A DNA stretch of 64,000 nt. Source: Prasinococcaceae sp. CCMP 1430 (Eukaryota; Plantae; Prasinodermophyta). Under the pieces are notes generated by a model. That model was not told the DNA's origin and did not search any database. It worked only from the letters and a program-made list of their open reading frames with translations. Position numbers and translations under genes: made by a program. Every line of letters begins with the position of its first letter. Position 1 is the first letter of the stretch. The DNA lies in the NCBI GenBank assembly GCA_013416795.1, contig RQSC01000062.1, forward strand, positions 75,117-139,116. Reading direction: 5' to 3'. Positions 54,881-64,000 of the stretch are shown in pieces.

Positions 54881-56328
54881 ATGCGATGCATGCCGGGCCA
54901 GGATCTCAGAGAGACTCCCCAGTCGCGGTGCTGGTCTAGGCGAGACCCTCCGAAGGGGCGCGGGGCGAAGGGGCGCGCCGCCGCGCCGTGCTCGCGCGCC
55001 CCCGAGTGGGTAGTCGAGCGGCGCAGCAGGGCGCGCCACACCGCCGCGGTGGACGGGGGGTCGAGCGCAGGCAGCGCAGGTGGCGCGAGGCGGGCGTGAG
55101 GCGGGCGGGAGGCAGGCGGGCGGTGGACGCCCGACTCACCAGCTGCTGCACAACCTGCTGGGTCAGGGCGCGCATCAAAGCGACCCGCGGCGGCGACGTG
55201 TGCGTGCTGTGCGCGTCGGCGACGGGGCGCACCGCGCGGGTCGCCGAGCGCGTCGTCGAGGAGCTGGGGCCGCGTGCCGAGCTCATCGACGCGTGCGATC
55301 TCGATGACCCGCTCGCGCTAGGTGCGCGATACCCGGGCGGGCTCGTCGTGGGAGCGCCGACGTGGGCGACCGCAGCAGCGGCGCTGCGCACCGGCACACC
55401 GCTCGACGACGCGCTGTGGACGTTGCGCCGCGCAGCTGCCGCGGGCGAGCGTCCGTTGGCTCGCGTCGGCTTTGCCGTCTTCGGCTGCGGCGACGCGCGC
55501 CAGTGGCCGCTCAACTTCTGCGACGCGCTCGCCGAGATGCACGCGACGCTCGAAGCTGCGGGTGGGTCCCCGGCGGGCGAGTGGGTTGCGCGGGATGGCG
55601 ACTACCTGTGCGAAGCGTCGCGGTCGGCGAAAGCCGGGGCGGACGGCGCGCTCTCCTTCGTTGGGCTGCCGCTCGACGAGATAAACCAGCCGCATCTGAC
55701 CGCCGAGCGCGTGCAGAGGTGGGCCGCTCAGGTGCGTGGCGAGCTCAGCCTGGATGGGCCACCCCACGAGGTCGGAGGATTTGACAGGCCGGCGACGCAA
55801 CCTTACACCATGGCAGCAGCGAACGCACAGAGTGCGGATGCGGGCGTGGCGAGCACCGCGCGCGCGAGCGGAGAGGAGCGCGTTGCTGGCTATGCCCCCC
55901 TGCTTTTTGGGCGCACGCTGGGCAAAAACTGGTACCAGCTCGGAGGCGAGGAGGATGCCGCCGCCGGCCGCTGGGTGCGCTTCGACGACGCACACGAGCT
56001 GCGCGTCTGCGCCGGCCGGCGAGGGCAGCCCGAGTGGCGGATACCCTTCCGCGCGCTCGCAGGCGTTGAGGTGATCGTCGAGCAGGGCAGCAGCGTTGGC
56101 GCAGGTCGGTCGAGCGCGTTGGCCGAGACGAGCGGGCTGTCGGACGTGCCTGTGACGCTCGCTCTCGCAGTCGATGGCGGTGCCTTCGATGGCAGCGGCG
56201 GCCCCGGCGCGTATGGGGACGCTGCGCGCCGCTCGCGCTGGGGGCGCACGCTCGTCCTGAGAGGAGTGAGCGCCTTCGAAGTGGCGGGGCTGTGCACGCT
56301 GCTCAGGTCGAAGGGCGCCCGCGTCTGA
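54881..56328 (+). CDS. Long-chain flavodoxin with a C-terminal PH-like extension; exons 54881-55095, 55167-56328
   Basis: SATGRTA, VGAPTW, AVFGCGD...NFCDA, GLPLDEINQ..LT.ERV..W; a phase-2 GTGAGG...TCAG intron joins the upstream ATG exon in frame. Confidence 0.85.
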
Positions 56329-56418
56329 TCCGGAACCTGCGCTCTGTTTATATGTGTAGTAATGAGAATCGTGTGATGGGAATGTGCAGTGAGTCGCCCC
56401 TCGCGCCTGCTCGCCTGG

Positions 56419-56913
56419 TCATCTCCTTGCGAGCAGCGTCATGACGCGCCGCGCGGCCTCGGCGTGCTTGTCGGCGTCCGCTGCGTGCGTGTCAGGGTCG
56501 GTCTTGGCCAGATGCTCCTGAGAAAACACGTCGAACGGGGTGCCGTGCACCTGCTCGGCGGGAGTGCCGAGCGCATCTGCGCCATTGCCTGCGCCGTACA
56601 CAGGCACGAGGTGCGCATGGAAGTGCGGGGCCTTGGGCGAGCCGAGCGCAGCCGTGTAGATTCGCTCTGCGCCCGTCGCCTCGACGATGGCCTGCGAGGC
56701 GGTGCGCAACGCTGGGCCGAGCGCGGCAGCCTCCACGTCGTCGAACGACGCCGCGTTGAGCACGTGCCTGGCCGTCACGAGCATCATGTGGCCGACGACG
56801 CCCACAGGCGCGCGCTTGGCGACCAGCGCGAACGAGCCCGACCCGTCCCGCCAGAGCACGTCGCCCTTCTCACCGCGCGGGTACGCGCACATGCCGCACG
56901 CCGCCGCCGCCAT
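56419..56913 (-). CDS. HIT (histidine triad) family hydrolase
   Basis: N-terminal CxxC, GHMMLV..RH and PHFHAHLVP. Confidence 0.88.
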   Translation of the reverse strand: MAAAACGMCAYPRGEKGDVLWRDGSGSFALVAKRAPVGVVGHMMLVTARHVLNAASFDDVEAAALGPALRTASQAIVEATGAERIYTAALGSPKAPHFHAHLVPVYGAGNGADALGTPAEQVHGTPFDVFSQEHLAKTDPDTHAADADKHAEAARRVMTLLARR

Positions 56914-57478
56914 CCCGCGCGGCGTCCCCAGCGGCACCGTCGACGCCAGTGCCGATCGATCCCAACGCCAGCGCCCGCAGTGCGCGTGCAGCCACCCGCC
57001 GGGGCGAGCGGCGCACGCGCGCACGGCGGGCCGTCTCCTTCTTGCGCTCGAGCTCCTCCTTGCGCCGCTTGAATTCTTTGTGCATCTGGTCGAGGCGAGG
57101 AAAGCGGTACCGCGCCCGCCGCGCCCCGCCACGCGCGCGCCAGCCCACCGCCGGCGCACTCCGATTCGGCTGCAGCGCAGCGCAAGCGATTTGAGGAGGA
57201 AAGCTTCTCACACGTGTGCACTGTGCCATCGTGCTTCAAATTCTGGTGATTGATGGCCTGGGGGTCAGCAACAAAACTGCGCCGATTTCGCCACTCGGGC
57301 CCTCGCCGGCGCGACGCTGCGCGTGCGACGCACGACGCGCGCCTGCGACTGTGCCACACGGCGCCCTACGCGCGCGTGGACTCTGCTTGCGCCAGCAGGT
57401 GGCCGACTGGCGCTGCGGCGCGGCGCGTGAGCGCGGGCGGCCGTGCAGTGCGCGCGTATCCTCTGGCCGACAGGGGAG

Positions 57479-59364
57479 ATGGTGGCCGCGTCGTTGCCCG
57501 CCATTGTTGCCAGCGGAGCAGTCTTGGGCATCGTTGCACGTGCCGCGGCGCTGCCGCCTGCCACCGGCGCGTCCGACCTGGAAGTGCAGGGCAGCACGCC
57601 GCCGGCGCCCGACACTGGCTACTACGAACAAACGCTGGACCATTTCAGCCCGGTTGACAACCGCACGTGGTCGCAGCGCTACCTGTTCAGCAACACGTCG
57701 TGGGACGGCAGTGGCGAGCTGCCGAATGGATGTCGCGGTCCCGTTCTGCTCTACACCGGCAACGAGGGCCCTATAGACGAGTTCTATTCGGGCAACGGTT
57801 TTGTGACGGAGGTCCTCGCGCCGGCTCTCGGCGCCTTCACGCTTTTCATCGAAGAGCGCTACTACGGCGAGAGCCTGCCTTTCGGTGACTCCACGTGGAA
57901 CACGTCTTCGCCCAGCTACGACGCCGCCAACCTACGGTACCTCACGACCGAGCAGGTTCTCGCTGATTACAACGTGCTGGTGCAGGACCTTAAGAATGCG
58001 ACGCCGGGAATGGAGAACTGCCCCGTCGTCGCCTTCGGCGGCTCGTACGGTGCCACCCTGTCCACGTTTTTTCGTCTCGCGTACCCCAACACAGTCATCG
58101 GCGCCCTGGCCGCCAGCGCGCCCACTGGCTACTACGACTCGCAGGCATGGCCGCAGTACGACGTCAACGACTTCACCTGGAGTTCAATCGTCGTCGATAC
58201 GTACCTCTCCGCTGGCGGTCAGCCCTGTTTGGATGCCATCAACTCCGCCGTGGCTGCCATCGGAGCCACCCCGGTTGACCAGCTCGTTGAGGCTTTCAAT
58301 GTGTGCAATGCATCAGGCCTTGGGCCAACCACCAACGCCGACCTCTTCACTTATACTCTCGAGGGGTACCCTCAGTTGGATTACCCTTGCCCAGTGCCGC
58401 CGCTGCCCGCAAAGCCCGCGACAGCCGCGTGCGTTGTGCTGACCGAGGCCGCCGCCAACGGCACGAACGAGGCGCTGATCTCCGCGGCGGCAGAGGTCAC
58501 GACCTGGGGGCAAGGCAACCCCGATGGCTCGTGCATCCAGACGCTGCCCGAAGGGCCCGGCGACGTGCCGGGTGACGGCCCTGGCCCTGGGGCCTGGGGA
58601 TACCAGAGTTGCACGCAGACTCTTCACCCGTTCAGCTCGTCGACGCTCGATGGCCGTGGGTTGCGCAATTTCTCGTTCGTCTTGGCCGACGAGGAAGCCG
58701 TCTGCGACCAGAACTTCAACAGCACCGTCTCCCCCGATCTCGAAGCGCTCACGCGCACGTACGGCGGGTACACCATCCCCGCCAACATGATGGGCATCAC
58801 CAACATCATCTGGTCGAATGGTACGCCGAAGATTCATTGACGACGGCGCACGGCACGCGGCCGACACCAGCGCGCCCTTTCGACTCGGATGCGGCAGCCT
58901 CGCTCGTGCGGGCAATGCCGTCTTTGCGCCGCGCGTGGCGCACCGCTCTCCTTCATCTGACGCGTTTGCCCACGCCTCTCGCCCATTCAGGAAACCTCGA
59001 TCCCTGGCACGGCGGGGGCTTCTATCCCCAGGGAACGGTGTGGTCTAACGCCAGCCAGCTGCACGTCGACGCCGGCCGCGGGCGGCACTTCATCTGGATC
59101 GATGGCGGTGCCCACCACGCCGATCTGCGCGGTCCTTGCCCGGCGGACCCCCCAGCGCTCACGCAAGCACGCGCGCTCGAACAGGGTACGTTGCTGCGGC
59201 AAGGCTCGGCGCCTTGTGCTTGTGTGTGAGAGCGCGAGCGTGCCCGCAGCAGCGCGCGATTGGCCGCGGCGTCTGACAGTCTGACTCGCGCCCATGCCCC
59301 GGCATCCTCTTCCCCATTCGAAGACATCATCACCGCCTGGATCCTCGAGGCGGCCTCGGCGTGA
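57479..59364 (+). CDS. Secreted S28 serine peptidase (prolylcarboxypeptidase / DPP-II-like); exons 57479-58820, 58991-59185, 59324-59364
   Basis: Signal peptide, QTLDHF, QRYL, YTGNEG, RYYGESLPFG, FGGSYG, SNGNLDPW, GAHHADLR. Confidence 0.93.
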
Positions 59365-59724
59365 GTCAAGCCCCCGCAGAGTGCACAGTCACTGCAAACT
59401 GTAGTCGTATAGCAAGTCTCTGACCATCTCCGGTTTTCTCTGAGTGTAGCGTGCAGTTGTCATCAGACGTTTCTTGTACAGTACAAGTTTTGACCAGCCC
59501 GGGGGACAGTTCCCCAACCGCCGCGCGGCACCGGCGTGCGCGCGACGCGCGGGCGCACGCGCGGGCGGACGCGCGTGGAGGGCGCACGGGGACGTGCCTG
59601 CGCAGGCGTGCGCGGGTGAAGTCCATTCTTTGGCTCTGACGTACTCCGAATGGCGTGCCACCGGAGACCACACCGCGGGCGCCGCGGCTCGGGGCGCAGA
59701 GTGCAGCTGCCCCGGGCCGGCGCG

Positions 59725-62700
59725 ATGGGGCGCGCGGCGCTCCTCTCCACGGGCGCCGCGGCGGCGCTCCTCCTCAGCCTGGCCGTGTCGGAGAATGCCG
59801 CGGCGTCTCCCGCATGTCGTACGAGTCGAGACTGCAACTCGCCGATACCTTACTCCGCGCTAGCCGCGCGGCCGGCAGGGCCGAACGATGGCTACACGCC
59901 GGACGTGCTCGCGTCGGCGGGTGTGAGCGTCGAGCACGCTGCTGGGCTCGACCACGGCCTGCGCGTAACGGCCGCATTCCTGGGTGAGGTCTACCCCGCG
60001 CCTGCGTTCCTGTACGAGCCGGAAGGCCCCGACGAGAGCTACGCGCAGGTGACGGAGGCCTTCTGTGCACAACAGAGCTTGTTTTGGGAAGACCCGAACT
60101 GCGGGTCATCCGAAGTCAGGTCGGCGCAGGGCGGGGGCGGCCAGTACTACGTCTCCACTTTGCCGCACTGCGATGAGAAGTGCGGGGAGAACGAGGCGGC
60201 CATCGCGCCGCTCTTCATAATGCCGGGCAGCAACAGCAATGGCGTCGACGTCGCCGCGCGCGCGGTGCACGAGTATACGCACGCCTTCCAATTCCTGCAT
60301 GGCGGTCTGATCCCCGCGTGGCTGATGGAGGGCGGTGCAGTGCAACTCGAATGTCTGCTCGCCTCGCAGCTGCACTCGCCGCCCAAATACGACTACTTCT
60401 CCGGTTCGTACAGCAGTTGCTTCAAGTATGGAGGGGGCGGCGGGGGTATCCTGCGCAACACATTCAGCGGCTACCAGCCCGATGGCGGCGCCGCGCGCCC
60501 CGCGTTCGCCGACCTGCGGTATGCGGATGACCGCTGCTGCGATACCGACCCCGCCTGCCCGCGAGACAGCACGTTGCACATCCCGAGTGGCCGAGACGAT
60601 CCGACATCCAAGTACGGTCCAGGCTATGATCGCAAGCTCATATACGACGCCGGCGCCTATGCCGTTGCCTTCGCCATCCATCGAGCGAACTCGTCGAGCG
60701 CCGACTTCTGGCGCTCGATGTCCAAGGGCTTCTGGCACACCATCGCGTCCGTGCCGGTCGGGTCCACCGACTACGTGTCGTCGTACCCGAGCATGGTACC
60801 CGAGGGAGTCGGCTGGAAGGCGGCGCTCTGCAACTTCACGGGCGATGCCACTGTGGAGGATTTCTACGCTGCCTTCGAGGCCCACGTTCTTGCCGCTGGG
60901 GACGCCGACGCGCTGGCTGCGGTGCTTGAGTCCGATGCTGACATCGCCGCACAGGCGGCAACCGTCGCGGACGTCCTCGGTGGCGACTATCGCACTGCCG
61001 GGGAGAGGGCATGTTCCGCGGGGTCGAGCCCGAGCCCGTACGCAGACACGCGAAACTCGCCCCCGTGGAGCTACGGCGGCTCGCCGCCGTGGAGCACATG
61101 CAACAATGGCCTTTGCCCCGAGGGCTGGAAGGGCGACGGCACGTGCGACGATGCATGCAGAAATCCCGACTGCGGATGGGACCACGGCGATTGCTGTACG
61201 ACCGTTACCGGCTGCAAGGACAAGTGGCTCGGCGACGGCCACTGCGATGACCAGTGCAACAACGAGATCTGCGAGTGGGATCGCGGCGACTGCGGCCACG
61301 ACGAGCACCAAGACGACAAGTCGCCCCACAACAACACCGACAGTGGGAGCACATGCAACAATGGCCTTTGCCCCGAGGGCTGGAAGGGCGACGGCACGTG
61401 CGACGATGCATGCAGAAATCCCGACTGCGGATGGGACCACGGCGATTGCTGTACGACCGTTACCGGCTGCAAGGACAAGTGGCTCGGCGACGGCCACTGC
61501 GATGACCAGTGCAACAACGAGATCTGCGAGTGGGATCGCGGCGACTGCGGCCACGACGAGCACCAAGACGACCACCACGACGGCAATCACTGTGATGAGA
61601 ACATGTGTCCGCATAAATGGAAGGGCGACGGCACGTGCGACGACGCTTGCATGAACCCTGAGTGCGAATGGGACTGGGGCGACTGCTGCAGTGAATGGGA
61701 GAATTGCGAGAACAAGTGGCTCGGCGACGGCTACTGCGATGAGTCGTGCAACAATAATGCTTGCGGGTGGGATTGGGGGGACTGCGACCACGACGACCAT
61801 CACGACGACCACCACGACGACCACCACGACGGCAATCACTGTGATGAGAACATGTGTCCTCACAAATGGAAGGGCGACGGCACGTGCGACGACGCGTGCA
61901 TGAACCCCGAGTGCGAATGGGACTGGGGCGACTGCTGCAGTGAATGGGAGAATTGCGAGAACAAGTGGCTCGGCGACGGCGACTGCGATGAGTCGTGCAA
62001 CAATGATGCTTGCGAGTGGGATTGGGGGGACTGCGACCACGACGACCACCACGACGACCACAACGACGACCACCACGACGAAAACCCCTGTGATGAGTCA
62101 ACGTGCCCCCCTGAATTCAAAGGCAACGGAATGTGTGACTATGACTGCATGAGCCCCGAGTGCCACTGGGACTACGGCGACTGCTGCGCTGAGTGGAGCG
62201 ATTGCAAGAACAAATGGCTCGGTGACGGCGACTGTGACGACCAGTGCAATATCGATGTCTGCATGTACGACCAAGGCGACTGCGGATGGCCTGATGATGG
62301 ACACCACGACGACCACCACGACGAGCACTACTGCGACGAGGTGATGTGTCCGGACACCTGGAGGGGAGACGGCCAGTGCGACGATGCTTGCATGAGCCCC
62401 GAGTGCGGGTGGGACTACGGCGACTGCTGTGGCGAGTGGAGCGATTGCAAGAACAAGTGGCTCGGCGACGGCGACTGTGACGACCAGTTGCAAAACGAGT
62501 ACTGCGAGTGGGATCGCGGCGACTGCGACCACGACGACCACTGGGACGACCACCATGACGACCACCACGACGATCACCATGACGGCTTCGACGACTGCAA
62601 GTGCCCCGACAGCTGGGTGGGTGACGGCGTGTGCGACGAGCGCTGCGACAACGAGGAGTGCGGCTACGACGGCGGCGACTGCCAGTGCCATCCCAACTGC

Positions 62701-63156
62701 CCGTACACTTCGTGGATCGGCGACGGCGTGTGCGGTGCGTCACCACGCCTGTGCGCACGCTCTATAGCGCGCGCGCAGTTGAGATGCCTGAGGCAACCGT
62801 GCGCTCCGCCCTGACACGCGCGCGTCCCCGCCCGCCCTCGCACCCTCGACCCACACGCCTGCCCAATTCACTCATTGACAATCCAAACTCCCCCCACCCC
62901 CCGAAATGCAGATGCCGGATGCAACCGCAAGGCCTGCGACTTCGACGGCGGCGACTGCGTACCGGTGGACACAGGCAAGAAGACGGAAAAGAAGAAGAAG
63001 AAGAACAAAAAGAAGGACAAGAAGAAGAAGAAGCTCTCGAAGAAGCAGGTCAAGAAGCTCTGCAAGAAAGCGAAGAAGTCGAAGAAGAAGTGCAAGAAGG
63101 GCGACGCCAAGAAGAACTGCAAGTTCAGCAAGAAGAAGGGCTGCGTCCCCAAGTAG
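59725..63156 (+). CDS. Secreted HExxH metallopeptidase-like protein with 14 LNR (Lin12/Notch) repeats, His/Asp linkers and a Lys/Cys-rich tail; exons 59725-62734, 62912-63156
   Basis: Signal peptide; VHEYTH...WLMEGGA; repeats of C..WxGDGxCDxxCxxxxCxWDxGDC; a phase-1 intron splits the last LNR. Confidence 0.88.
61091..62600 (+). repeat. Intragenic tandem repeat, six units of ~250 bp (two LNRs plus a His/Asp linker each)
   Basis: The units starting at ~61091 and ~61346 are near-identical in DNA, as are the next two; later units are more diverged. Confidence 0.9.
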
Positions 63157-63451
63157 GCCAGGGCACTCTCTCTCTCTCTCTCTAGACACACTTGTAGTCC
63201 ACTCTAGAGAGAGCTAGGCCTGGTCCACTCGAGATCTTGCACCTGGCGCTTGCTCTCGAGCTCTCATTGTAAACCCTACATTCGCTCTCCCCTAACCATC
63301 ATCCCCGCACCCTGGGATGAGAGGCGTGTGCGCGCAGCGGATAAACGCCTGCGGCGGTCGGTGCCACACCTGGTGCGGTGCCCGCGTGGCGAGGCTTGGG
63401 AACGACGCGCACGGCTCTCGCTCTTGCCCTCCGCCGCCGAGGGCGTGGGCG

Positions 63452-64000
63452 ATGCGCACGCTCGCAGTCAGTGGTGGTGGTGCGCCGGCGGCGGCAGCGC
63501 CGCCGTCAGCCCGGCCGCGGCAGCGAGGGCGGCGGCGGCAGGTGCGATGGTGCGCGGCTGGAAATGGGCCAGGAACGGACGCCGCAGGAGTGGCTGCGCG
63601 CGTGGCGGCCCTGCGCTCGGGCGAGGACGGAGGGCTTGGTGTGGTGCTCACGGGCGGCACGCGTGGCCTAGGCTTCTGCCTCGCGCGCGAGCTGCTCGCG
63701 GGGGGCCATCGCGTCGTGCTCTGCGGCCGCAATGCAGAAAGGTTGCACGCTGCGCTGCGAGTGCTGCGGGATGGCTGCGGCGACGCCGCAGGCGAGAGGG
63801 TGGACGGCATCGTCGCCGACGTGGGCACGGCGGAGGACGTCGACGCGCTCGAATCGTTGGCGCGCAGGCGCCTCGGCGACGTACACCTTGTGGTGCACAA
63901 TGCCGGCGCCGCGTCGCGCCGCCGAGCGCCGCTCGCTGACCTCGAGGCGGATGACATTCTCAATACCGTCAACGTCAACGTCGCCGGGGGGCTGCTCACC
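63452..64000 (+). CDS. Short-chain dehydrogenase/reductase, chlorophyll b reductase (NOL/NYC1)-like; runs off the window end
   Basis: Own translation (not in the ORF track): transit-like N-terminus, then VVLTGGTRGLGFCLARELL.GGHRVVLCGRN, ADVG, VHNAG. Confidence 0.85.
   Translation, partial: MRTLAVSGGGAPAAAAPPSARPRQRGRRRQVRWCAAGNGPGTDAAGVAARVAALRSGEDGGLGVVLTGGTRGLGFCLARELLAGGHRVVLCGRNAERLHAALRVLRDGCGDAAGERVDGIVADVGTAEDVDALESLARRRLGDVHLVVHNAGAASRRRAPLADLEADDILNTVNVNVAGGLLT

Noticed and set aside
61091-62600. Regularly spaced direct repeats resembling a CRISPR array
   Set aside because: They are in-frame coding LNR repeats in a eukaryotic gene, with no unique spacers and no cas genes.
8385-62911. 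Introner-like repeated introns
   Set aside because: By eye the introns share only donor, branch and acceptor consensus and GC dinucleotide runs, with no extended similarity.

Overview
A gene-dense, very GC-rich eukaryotic nuclear segment with about 30 protein-coding genes. Introns are short, with GTGCGT/GTACG/GTGAGT donors and YAG acceptors. Gene content points to a green alga: plastid-type transit peptides, a plant-type DExH1 helicase, organellar RecA, a NYC1/NOL-like reductase and a SHAQKY MYB. A prasinophyte such as Prasinoderma is my inference only. The sequence is draft quality, with N gaps at 3252-3331, 11641, 13721, 22869, 36354-36373 and 51825-51934, mostly at GC-extreme 5' ends of genes. 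I found no rRNA, tRNA, CRISPR array or clear transposon. Best signals: (1) an ~81-bp piece inside a SUMO protease gene that is base-complemented but not reversed; complementing it in place removes two stops and restores the conserved YIFNTFFxKKL motif; (2) a calponin-homology-TM-LysM protein that could link actin to plastid peptidoglycan, divergent from organellar recA; (3) a large protein with E1-FCCH-like modules nested inside bacterial-adhesin-type Ig-like repeats; (4) a secreted HExxH protein with 14 LNR repeats, His/Asp linkers and a Lys/Cys tail; (5) a FumI-like bacterial aminotransferase preceded by an orphan J-domain exon; (6) a flavodoxin with a PH-like extension. All family assignments come from motif recognition by eye, not from database searches.
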